Below, in pieces: positions 10,235 through 17,878 of a stretch of 49,213 nucleotides of DNA (the stretch's first letter is position 1; each line of letters begins with the position of its first letter). The stretch is from Candidatus Woesearchaeota archaeon (GTDB lineage: Archaea; Nanobdellota; Nanobdellia; SCGC-AAA011-G17; GW2011-AR20): contig CAYHTT010000002.1 of NCBI GenBank assembly GCA_964359725.1, positions 1-49,213 of the forward strand, written 5' to 3'. The notes below the pieces were generated by a model, which did no database searches, was not told the origin of the DNA, and saw only the letters and a list, made by a program, of their open reading frames with translations. The position numbers and the translations under genes were made by a program.

Positions 10235-11218
10235 ATTAGTTTTTTCTTCTTGTTGCATTAATGTATTATAACCTTCTTTAACTAATTTTGCTGCATGTAA
10301 AAAGTGTTCTTGTTTTACTTCATTACTTTTATTATGGATAGCGATTCTAGCAGCATTTAAAACAGCATTTCTTATATGACCTCCAGTAAACTCAAATTCT
10401 TTTGCTAACTTGTTAAAATCAACATCTTTTGCTAAAGGTAAATCATTACTTAGTAATTTCCAGATTTTTTCTCTCTCCATAATATTCGGCATTTTAAATA
10501 TTACATGCAAACTAATTCTTCTTTCAAATGCTTTGTCAAAATTGCTTACTAAATTTGTAGCAAATATTACAATGCCCTCAAATTTCTCTAATTCTTTTAA
10601 TAAAACATTTCTTGTTAAATTTGTTTCTGCATCTGTTGCATTAAATATAGCTGTTCTTGAAGAAGCAATAGCATCAGCTTCATCAAAAAATAATATTGCA
10701 TTGTCTTTTTTTGCTATTTCAAATACCTTTACAATATTTTTTCCAGTTTCGCCAATATAACTATCAACTAAATTAGAGTAACGTACTATGTAAATCTTTT
10801 TTCCAAGTTCATTTGCTAATACTTCTGCTGTTAATGTCTTTCCAGTACCAGAAATACCCGCAAAATTTAATGAAATCGCGTTACTATTTTGTAATTTATT
10901 TAATTTCCATTTATGTATCAAGGTGTAACGATTTTTAATTTGTGATAATGCTATATCTAATTGTGCTTTAACATCTTTAGATAATATAACATCCTTAAAT
11001 GATTTACTTGTTTTAACTTTTTCAATTAATCCATCATAATAACTTGTTATTGGTTGTTCATCAAATACAACTTCATATTGTTTATTATTAGAACCGAGCT
11101 CTTGTAATTCATTAATAACTAAGTTAAATTTCTTTCTTACACTTCTCTTTAACAAACTAACCTCTTTCTTCAATAAACTAATTTCTCTTTTGTAATCTTT
11201 CTCTTTCATATTAATCAT
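10217..11218 (-). CDS. classic-clade AAA+ ATPase with N-terminal coiled coil
   Basis: Walker A GISGTGKT, Walker B ILFFDEADA, SRH-like ATNLVSNFDKAFERR. The 3' end overlaps the pheT 3' end by 18 nt (convergent). Confidence 0.85.
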   Translation of the reverse strand: MINMKEKDYKREISLLKKEVSLLKRSVRKKFNLVINELQELGSNNKQYEVVFDEQPITSYYDGLIEKVKTSKSFKDVILSKDVKAQLDIALSQIKNRYTLIHKWKLNKLQNSNAISLNFAGISGTGKTLTAEVLANELGKKIYIVRYSNLVDSYIGETGKNIVKVFEIAKKDNAILFFDEADAIASSRTAIFNATDAETNLTRNVLLKELEKFEGIVIFATNLVSNFDKAFERRISLHVIFKMPNIMEREKIWKLLSNDLPLAKDVDFNKLAKEFEFTGGHIRNAVLNAARIAIHNKSNEVKQEHFLHAAKLVKEGYNTLMQQEEKTNLNYLG

Positions 11219-11314
11219 ATTATAAATAAAAATTTATAAATCTTTCTAGAAATTTCACCTCTTTTATTCGTTAAATGCATATTATTATTAATGCGAAAAA
11301 GTTTATAAATATTA

Positions 11315-11608
11315 CTAAAAGTTGTATAATATGTCTTTAAAATCTAAAACTTTATTATTTTTAATTTTAATACCTTCTTTTTCAAGTAATTTTGCCTTAT
11401 TTTTTAATCCAGTTGCAAATCCTGTTAAATGAGCATTATTACCAATTACACGATGGCAAGGTACATTTTTATAAGGATTTTTATTTAAAGCTTGTCCTAC
11501 AGCACGATAAGCTTTCATATTTAGTTTATTAGCTAAAATTTTATATGTAGAAATTTTACCTTTAGGAATTTTTTTACATAAATTGTAAACTTTTTCGTTG
11601 AAATTCAT
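11315..11608 (-). CDS. MGMT-family protein (stand-alone methylated-DNA-protein-cysteine methyltransferase DNA-binding/active-site domain)
   Basis: The active-site PCHRV motif (VPCHRVIG) lies in a 97-aa protein. The N-terminal Ogt domain is absent. Confidence 0.8.
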   Translation of the reverse strand: MNFNEKVYNLCKKIPKGKISTYKILANKLNMKAYRAVGQALNKNPYKNVPCHRVIGNNAHLTGFATGLKNKAKLLEKEGIKIKNNKVLDFKDILYNF

Positions 11609-11609
11609 T

Positions 11610-12047
11610 TTAAAGATTAAATTTTGGTAAATCCCTTATTAGTCGTGTAACATCGGATCGAATAGTATTTATACTGCTTCTATCTGATTTTGATAAAACT
11701 TTTACATTAACTAAATAATCTATAATATTGTCTCCTAAAAATTTGGAATTGGTTGATTTTTCTGCTTTTTTTAATTCTTCTAATGCATTTCTAACATTTA
11801 ATTTATCAAAGTATTCGTATGCTTCTTCTAAATAAGTTTTTGTTTGTTCTAATTGCATTTTAGCTTTATTAATAGAAGTTATAATCATTGAATCACGAGC
11901 ATTCAATAATTTATCATTCAATTTAGAAATTAAAGGATTTAAAATAAAATCAATTAGCCCTTTAACCTCGCCGAGTAAATTTATTTTATTTTCTTTCTTT
12001 TGTGTTTCTTCTTTAGTTTCTCTTTTGAATATATCAAATAAGCCCAT
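11610..12047 (-). CDS. hypothetical alpha-helical protein
   Basis: 145-aa ORF whose stop lies 1 nt from the MGMT start. The composition looks mostly helical or coiled-coil, and the N-terminus is MGLFDIFKR. Confidence 0.5.
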   Translation of the reverse strand: MGLFDIFKRETKEETQKKENKINLLGEVKGLIDFILNPLISKLNDKLLNARDSMIITSINKAKMQLEQTKTYLEEAYEYFDKLNVRNALEELKKAEKSTNSKFLGDNIIDYLVNVKVLSKSDRSSINTIRSDVTRLIRDLPKFNL

Positions 12048-12071
12048 AATTATAAAATTTTAAGTTACTAT

Positions 12072-13076
12072 TTAAATATTTTCTTTATTTAAAAGCTTAG
12101 CTTGTAAGATGTAGATTTTTCCAGATTCAATTGCAAATTCAATTTCTAAAGCATGATTATAATTTTGTTCTATTTTTTTACTATAGTTAGCTAATTTAAT
12201 GATCTCTTCATCATTTAAAACTTGTAATTCGCGTTTCTCTTCTGGAATATTTACTTTAATATTACTACCATACTCATTCCGAGTTAAGAAATAATCTTGC
12301 TTATTTACCCTTTTATCTTTAATTATTAAGGTTTCTTTATCTAAAATATAATTATTTGGTTTTACATTACTAGTTGTAATTAATTCAGAATAACCATGTG
12401 CTGCTTGAATAATAATTTCATTTTCATTAGTAATAGGATCTAAAGTAAATAAAAAACCCGATTTATCTGAATTTATCATTCTTTGTATTATAACTGAAAT
12501 TGCAACTTTATCATGAGGAATATTATTTTTCTCATGAAAGTAAATTGCACGAGTTGTAAATAAAGATGCCCAACATTTTTTTAAAGTATTTAATAAACTA
12601 GCATTACCTTTTACATTTAGATAAGTTTCTTGTTCTGAAAGTTCTTTTAAAGGTAATTCTAAAATAATACTAGCCCTTAATGCAATAAATGGCAAATCTC
12701 GTCCAACTTTTATTAAACTCAAAGCAGATTTATGTAAATTTATTAATTCAGGATCGACATTTAAATTGTCATATGCTTCAAAGATTTCATCTTTTAAATC
12801 ATTAGAAATTTCAGAATTAAAAATTATTTCTTGAATTTCTTTAGATTTAAGTTGCAAAGATTTTATATTATTAATGTCGGCAGTAGCAAGTATATTAAAA
12901 ATTTGTTTGTCTAGCCTATTTTCTTGTAAAAAATCTTTATAAGCTTCTGCAGTAATAATAAAACCTTGTGGTACTGGTAATCCTAATTTGTATAGTTGTG
13001 CTAAAGAAAAAGCTTTATTACCAGCTTTATTAACTTGCTCCTCATTAATTTCTGAAAACCATAATATATTTGTCAT
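12072..13076 (-). CDS. PEP/pyruvate-binding (PPDK_N, ATP-grasp) domain protein, stand-alone
   Basis: The N-terminus VNKAGNKAFSLAQLYKLGLPVPQGFIITAEAY is the start of the PEP synthase / PPDK nucleotide-binding domain. No swivel-His or PEP-utilizer C domain follows. Confidence 0.7.
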   Translation of the reverse strand: MTNILWFSEINEEQVNKAGNKAFSLAQLYKLGLPVPQGFIITAEAYKDFLQENRLDKQIFNILATADINNIKSLQLKSKEIQEIIFNSEISNDLKDEIFEAYDNLNVDPELINLHKSALSLIKVGRDLPFIALRASIILELPLKELSEQETYLNVKGNASLLNTLKKCWASLFTTRAIYFHEKNNIPHDKVAISVIIQRMINSDKSGFLFTLDPITNENEIIIQAAHGYSELITTSNVKPNNYILDKETLIIKDKRVNKQDYFLTRNEYGSNIKVNIPEEKRELQVLNDEEIIKLANYSKKIEQNYNHALEIEFAIESGKIYILQAKLLNKENI

Positions 13077-13133
13077 TTTATCTTTTAAGCTTTATTATAT
13101 TAATATATTGCTAAATAAAACTAAGATTTAAAT

Positions 13134-13640
13134 TTAACGTTTAATTAATCTTTGATCAGATCTTTTAATAGCGTGTTTATGTTCTAATTTTTCTATAAAA
13201 TCGCGAATTGCATGGGGATTACTAATTTTATCAAAAACTATTTCATACCCCTCATGACCGGGCGTATTAATATGGATAGCACCATAATTTAATAATCTTT
13301 GCCGTAATGATTGTGTAATTTTAATATCTGTAATTTGATGATAATAAACGCTTGTTTTTTTAACTTTGATTACACCATAAGATGAAGTAACTTTATTTTC
13401 ATCAATTACTATTGAATTTATTAGAAGATTTATTTCTAGCCAGATAAGTAAAATAAAACCCAAAATACCTGTAGATAAATAAATTACTTTAGAAATCTCA
13501 AATAATACATTACTAAAAATTCCAAGAAAAGCAAAGACAATTAAAACAATAACTATAATGTATCTAAAAAAATATGCACGTCTAGTCTGTTTAATTTTAA
13601 TAGGAAGTTTTTCTTCACTTAACATCGTAATAATTTGCAA
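13134..13640 (-). CDS. membrane protein with bacterial-type PH (bPH_2 / YdbS-YdbT-like) domain
   Basis: Two N-terminal TMs are followed by ...ITQSLRQRLLNYGAIHINTPG, the typical bPH_2 C-terminal strand pattern. Confidence 0.6.
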   Translation of the reverse strand: MQIITMLSEEKLPIKIKQTRRAYFFRYIIVIVLIVFAFLGIFSNVLFEISKVIYLSTGILGFILLIWLEINLLINSIVIDENKVTSSYGVIKVKKTSVYYHQITDIKITQSLRQRLLNYGAIHINTPGHEGYEIVFDKISNPHAIRDFIEKLEHKHAIKRSDQRLIKR

Positions 13641-13775
13641 GCATATTATACTTATAAAAGTTGCTAAAAGTTATATTATGTAATTTTTATTAAAGTTGTT
13701 TTATTTTATATAAAGATATCATTAAAATTATTTTTTAACTAATTTATCTTTATCGAGTAGTTACAATTAGAAAGA

Positions 13776-13784
13776 TTTATAAAT
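13776..13784 (+). promoter_or_regulatory. TATA box (TTTATAAAT) upstream of the 13815 ORF
   Basis: Consensus match 31-39 nt upstream of the ATG, in a 174-bp divergent intergenic region. Confidence 0.4.
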
Positions 13785-13814
13785 ACTTAATTCTAATAAA
13801 AATAAGATTTTAAA

Positions 13815-14318
13815 ATGCAACAACAAGTTCAAACTCAAAGTAATGTAAATTTAGAAGATTTAGCTGATAAATTAATTAGGGATTTTAATTTAAAATTAAT
13901 AAATATTGATAGGCATAATAATAATGCTAATGAAGTAGGATTTCAAGATGTTGATTTATTTTTAGAGAAACAGCCTAGCTTAGAATCATTAACAATAGCA
14001 AGAAATCCTTCAGAGTATGTATTAGATTTTGAGCAATTGACAGTTGATCATCATTATAATGGTGAGGAAAAAACCATTGTAACTTATGCTGCTTCAGATA
14101 GAAACTATTTCAAAAAAGCATTTAACATTTCGGAAACAGAAAATGAATTCTTAGCTGCTGTAAAAGATGATTATGATAAAATATTACAACAACCTAAACC
14201 AAGAAACCTATATATGGGAATTGTATATCATAAAAGAATTGCTAATGATCAAAAGTCTTTAGAAGAATTGTTTAATTATATAGCTGCTAAATTTAAAGGT
14301 GAAAAAGCTTCAGCATAA
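13815..14318 (+). CDS. hypothetical protein
   Basis: 167-aa ORF with its own TATA box. No motif recognised. Confidence 0.5.
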   Translation: MQQQVQTQSNVNLEDLADKLIRDFNLKLINIDRHNNNANEVGFQDVDLFLEKQPSLESLTIARNPSEYVLDFEQLTVDHHYNGEEKTIVTYAASDRNYFKKAFNISETENEFLAAVKDDYDKILQQPKPRNLYMGIVYHKRIANDQKSLEELFNYIAAKFKGEKASA

Positions 14319-14866
14319 TCCCAACCACTATAATTCTTTCTTTTAATATCATCATGTCTTGCTCTATCGCAAAAATTATCATATTCTTCATGGTCATTAA
14401 AAGGTTCGCAAAAATAAATTCCACTAGAGGTCATATACCAAGCAATTCTATGTCTCTCATGCCCACGAGGACTCATAAAAAATTCACCTATAGTTTCAGT
14501 TGGATAACTATTTTTTAATTCAACTATTTTTCTTATTAAATCACGAAATCTTTTAATTTCACCGGGATTATTAAAATCACTTTTCTTAAATTTATTTCTA
14601 AATTGGTTAGAGCAAAACCAAAGATGATAACTTCGTTGTTCATATTTACTATACTCTTTAATAAATTCGCTTAAAATATTTTTAATATAATTAACATTTT
14701 CTGTATTATACATATTAGCAAGAACTTCTTTAAATTTCTTTTTTAATTCTTTATTTTTAAAGATTTCAGGATTCATTCCTTTAAGAACCTGAATTATTTT
14801 ATTATAATCATTAAAATTAAGTAAATTTTTTATAACTTTAATTGCATCTTCTTCTGTAAAGACCAT
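14276..14866 (-). CDS. hypothetical protein (His/Cys-rich C-terminal half)
   Basis: 196-aa ORF. Its 3' end overlaps the convergent 13815..14318 ORF by 43 nt. Confidence 0.5.
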   Translation of the reverse strand: MVFTEEDAIKVIKNLLNFNDYNKIIQVLKGMNPEIFKNKELKKKFKEVLANMYNTENVNYIKNILSEFIKEYSKYEQRSYHLWFCSNQFRNKFKKSDFNNPGEIKRFRDLIRKIVELKNSYPTETIGEFFMSPRGHERHRIAWYMTSSGIYFCEPFNDHEEYDNFCDRARHDDIKRKNYSGWDYAEAFSPLNLAAI

Positions 14867-14908
14867 GTAATTAGTAAATAATTTAAATTAATAAATCTTA
14901 TCATTATT

Positions 14909-15550
14909 ATGGATAAACTCCTAGAAAAACGCAAATTAATGATTGAAGTAGTAAAAAATTATGGTGTTAAAAACAAAAATGTATTACAAGCTATGTTAAA
15001 AGTTCATAGACATTTATTTGTGCCAAAAGAATTTCAAGATCAAGCTTATGAAGATTATCCTTTACATATAGGCCATAATCAAACAATTTCTCAACCATAT
15101 ACAATAGCTTTTATGTTAGAATCCTTAGAATTAAAAAAAGATGATAAAGTTCTAGAAATTGGAACTGGTTCTGGTTATTCCGCAGCATTAATTGCTTATA
15201 TAACAAAAACTAAAGTTTATACTAGTGAAATTATTTCAAGCTTAGCATTAAAAGCTGAAGAAAATTTAAAAAGAGCCAAGATAAAAAATGTTGAAGTAAT
15301 TTATGCAGATGGCACCCTTGGTTTAAAGAAATATTCCCCATATGATAAAATATTAGTAAATGCAGCTTGTCCTGATTTTCCTGAGCCATTAACAGAACAG
15401 TTAAAAAATAATGGTATTATTGTTGCTCCAATTGGAGGTTTATTTAGTCAAGAAATGGTTAAAGCTAAAAAAATTGGAAAGAGGTTAGAAAGAAAAAATC
15501 TAGGAAGCTTTATCTTTGTACCATTAGTTGGGGAATTTGGTTGGAAATAA
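14909..15550 (+). CDS. pcm: protein-L-isoaspartate O-methyltransferase
   Basis: Motifs ISQPYTIAFMLE and VLEIGTGSGY (SAM motif I), with a length typical of Pcm. Confidence 0.9.
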   Translation: MDKLLEKRKLMIEVVKNYGVKNKNVLQAMLKVHRHLFVPKEFQDQAYEDYPLHIGHNQTISQPYTIAFMLESLELKKDDKVLEIGTGSGYSAALIAYITKTKVYTSEIISSLALKAEENLKRAKIKNVEVIYADGTLGLKKYSPYDKILVNAACPDFPEPLTEQLKNNGIIVAPIGGLFSQEMVKAKKIGKRLERKNLGSFIFVPLVGEFGWK

Positions 15551-15551
15551 A

Positions 15552-16079
15552 TTATAATTCTATTTTCTTAATTTCAATTGCATATTTTCCAGGCATTCTT
15601 GGCTTAGATAAGGATAAAGCTTTTTTTGCTACATTTAATCCTTCTTGATCTACTTTAGTTGTAAATATTATTGTACCTTGATAAACTTGTGCAGCTAGTC
15701 CAATTGGCTTACCAAATGAATGAGCCATACCTGTTTGTAATCTGTCTGCATGAGCTCCACCAAGAATTTTATTCTCCCGTAAAACATGATGAGGATAAGT
15801 TAACAATTTTAAATGATAACCTTTATGACCTAACTCATTATATAATCTCCTATTAATTATTTGTCTACTTGATTCTAGAGCATTATGTCTTATTTGATGA
15901 GCATTTGTAGCTACTAAACCAACTTCATATTCAAATTTTTTATTTGGATTACCCATTTCAAATCTCACTATCTTATTAGAAGGAAAGGCTTTTATGTAAG
16001 ATTTAGCTTTAACACGAGAGTGCCTAGTATAAGGACGAGTAATTCTATTATAACAATGACCTTTTCTCAAACCTGCCAT
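15552..16079 (-). CDS. rpl10e: 50S ribosomal protein L10e (uL16)
   Basis: The N-terminus MAGLRKGHCYNRITRPYTRHSR and the overall pattern match L10e. A TATA-like TTTATAAATT lies at 16104-16113, about 29 nt upstream of the ATG. Confidence 0.92.
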   Translation of the reverse strand: MAGLRKGHCYNRITRPYTRHSRVKAKSYIKAFPSNKIVRFEMGNPNKKFEYEVGLVATNAHQIRHNALESSRQIINRRLYNELGHKGYHLKLLTYPHHVLRENKILGGAHADRLQTGMAHSFGKPIGLAAQVYQGTIIFTTKVDQEGLNVAKKALSLSKPRMPGKYAIEIKKIEL

Positions 16080-16126
16080 ATTTTAAGAATTTAGATTTAT
16101 AGATTTATAAATTTTGCTATGTCTTT

Positions 16127-16191
16127 GACTTAGTCCGAAAACTTTAGTTTTGTCCGAAGAAAAATAAATATATACGGAAAGTGTCCGAAAA
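16127..16191. repeat. left terminal inverted repeat region with three GTCCGA boxes
   Basis: The boxes are GACTTAGTCCGAAAA (16127-16141), TGTCCGAAGA (16151-16160) and GTGTCCGAAAA (16181-16191). Confidence 0.7.
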
Positions 16192-16275
16192 TTATTTAAA
16201 AAATTTTCCAATAATGGTTCTGTAAAATCTTCGGCATATAGAAATCTTTAAATAGATATTTTATTTCAAGATTTT

Positions 16276-16443
16276 ATGGCAAAAGACAATTTTGACAAGT
16301 TCTTAGATGAGAGTAAGAAATTAGTATTGCTTAATAAAGCAATTTATAATAAAGCGGTAACTGACGCGAGAAAAGAAGAGATTATGGAAAGTCTTCGTGG
16401 GCAAATTAATTACTTAATTAATAAATATTTTTCTGAAAAATAA
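16276..16443 (+). CDS. small hypothetical ORF (55 aa) inside the element
   Basis: Manual translation gives MAKDNFDKFLDESKKLVLLNKAIYNKAVTDARKEEIMESLRGQINYLINKYFSEK. It is below the ORF-track cutoff and there is no other support. Confidence 0.25.
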   Translation: MAKDNFDKFLDESKKLVLLNKAIYNKAVTDARKEEIMESLRGQINYLINKYFSEK

Positions 16444-16444
16444 T

Positions 16445-16594
16445 TTAATATATTTGATTAGCATTATAAATCAAATCAAGCCATTTATTCTTCCCAAGAT
16501 TTAAATTAACACCAGCTTGTTCTATTGGTGTTTTATTTATCCCTTGATGTATTCTTATAAAATTATAATGAACAACAAAAAGATTTTGATACCC
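16445..16594 (-). pseudogene. relic of the C-terminus of a DDE (rve/IS6-like) transposase
   Basis: Minus-strand translation gives GYQNLFVVHYNFIRIHQGINKTPIEQAGVNLNLGKNKWLDLIYNANQIY*. This matches the conserved [F/Y]NxxRPHQ-L-GKTP-E-AG tail of DDE integrase-fold transposases. An in-frame stop lies immediately upstream and no catalytic domain is present. Confidence 0.55.
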
Positions 16595-16703
16595 TTAATG
16601 AACATATTTTAGAAACCTCTTATAAAGATAAAGAAAATTCCGCGATAGATTACATTCACTCTGAAAAAGAAAAAGGGTCTGTTTTCTGGCAAACTAAAAT
16701 GCT

Positions 16704-17504
16704 TTAATTAAGATTAATATTCTTCTTTAATAAATACCTTTTTATTATTTTAGTAATTAGGTCTTCAAGTGATTGAATTACCTCTAATCCTCTTATTAGG
16801 TTTGGTCTTATTGTAAATAAGAGTATTTTTATTCTGGTTAATTTTTCTGAGTCTTCCTCTTTTAAGATTTTTTCATATTTTTTCAAATCTTCTTCCTTTT
16901 TAAATCCGAAAAGAAGCCCAGACATAGAGTCAGAAGTTTTTTTTGAAACATCTATATTATAAACTTCCATTAAAATTCTTTTTATATCTCTTTCAAGCTC
17001 CGATAAGATATAATTTAATGTTTCCATTACCTCTAAAATACCGAAAAATTCTTTAATTTTTTTCGGAACATTTTGCGAACCAAATTCTTTAACAATTTTC
17101 TCTCTTAAATCAGATTCAGAAAAATCCAACATATTTGTTGCACCAAGCCACCCAAAAATTTTATGGGCGTAAAAAGGTTTAGTGAGAATTGATTTTATCT
17201 CAGTTTCGCTATATTTAGAATAATCCCTTTCATTTAGATTTAAAGAATTAAGGAATAATTTTACTTCATTCAGTTCCTTAAGTATGTGGTCTAAATCAAG
17301 ACTTATATTTTTAATAAATATTTCCTCTTTATTAGATTGTTTTTCTGCTTCATCTGGCAATGTTTTTTTCGTTTTAGCATTCAAATGTTTATTTTTATAT
17401 TCTTCCTTACACTTAATGCTGCAGAATCTTTTTCCATCGAAAGTATGAATAATCTTAAGATTAAAAATTCCAATTTTTCTACTGCAATTAGGACAACCAT
17501 TCAT
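16704..17504 (-). CDS. TRASH/FCS-type zinc-finger protein with helical C-terminal region (cargo of the element)
   Basis: The N-terminal spacing C-x2-C-x20-C-x3-C (CPNC...KRFCSIKC) equals the TRASH/zf-FCS consensus. The rest is Lys/Glu-rich and helical, with no DDE signature. Confidence 0.6.
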   Translation of the reverse strand: MNGCPNCSRKIGIFNLKIIHTFDGKRFCSIKCKEEYKNKHLNAKTKKTLPDEAEKQSNKEEIFIKNISLDLDHILKELNEVKLFLNSLNLNERDYSKYSETEIKSILTKPFYAHKIFGWLGATNMLDFSESDLREKIVKEFGSQNVPKKIKEFFGILEVMETLNYILSELERDIKRILMEVYNIDVSKKTSDSMSGLLFGFKKEEDLKKYEKILKEEDSEKLTRIKILLFTIRPNLIRGLEVIQSLEDLITKIIKRYLLKKNINLN

Positions 17505-17568
17505 TTCAATTCAAGAATAGTAGATTAAATCATTATTTAAATTTAATGATTATAATTCTCATAAAAAC

Positions 17569-17612
17569 TTCTCGGACACTTATCGGACAGATTTAGCTTT
17601 TCGGACTAAGTC
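17569..17612. repeat. right terminal inverted repeat region with three TCGGAC boxes (the mirror of the left end)
   Basis: The boxes are TTCTCGGACAC (17569-17579), TCGGACA (17584-17590) and TTTTCGGACTAAGTC (17598-17612). Confidence 0.7.
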
Positions 17613-17619
17613 TATGTCT

Positions 17620-17877
17620 TTAAACTATTTCGACTTTTGTACCAAGACATTGTCCAGGCATACCAGTATTAAAATAAGCTCTTAATGCACCTTTATTGCC
17701 ATGTATATTTTTTATTACCCCAGTAAGTTCTTTTCCTTTAGGAGATTTCCAAATAACTTTTTTGCCAATAAGTAATTTAGCTTTTTCTTTATTATGTAAT
17801 CCGGGAACTTGCAAAATAAGTTGATTATTATATTGCCTATTTCCACCAATACGAAAATTAATTATTATAGCTTCCAT
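17620..17877 (-). CDS. rpl35ae: 50S ribosomal protein L35Ae (eL33)
   Basis: KLLIGKKVIWKSPKGKELTGVIKNIHGNKGALRAYFNTGMPGQCLGTKVEIV is closely similar to archaeal L35Ae. Confidence 0.9.
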   Translation of the reverse strand: MEAIIINFRIGGNRQYNNQLILQVPGLHNKEKAKLLIGKKVIWKSPKGKELTGVIKNIHGNKGALRAYFNTGMPGQCLGTKVEIV

Positions 17878-17878
17878 T

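Larger units (their letters stand above)
16118..17621. mobile_element. IS-like / non-autonomous transposable element insertion, including both copies of a 9-bp target-site duplication
   Basis: The direct repeat TATGTCTTT occurs at 16118-16126 and 17613-17621. Each copy directly abuts a perfect 15-bp terminal inverted repeat: GACTTAGTCCGAAAA at 16127-16141 and its reverse complement at 17598-17612. Confidence 0.7.

Noticed and set aside
11610-12047. Calling the 145-aa MGLFD... protein an ESCRT-III/PspA homolog outright
   Set aside because: Only the first ~9 residues resemble the family. The protein is shorter than typical members, and I cannot verify the helical-hairpin core without profile or structure tools. 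It is kept as a hypothesis in the findings, not as an annotation.
16582-16706. Plus-strand open frame (…DFDTLNEHILETSYKDKENSAIDYIHSEKEKGSVFWQTKML*) inside the element
   Set aside because: It has no start codon and no recognisable motif. It is probably non-coding or a further gene remnant.
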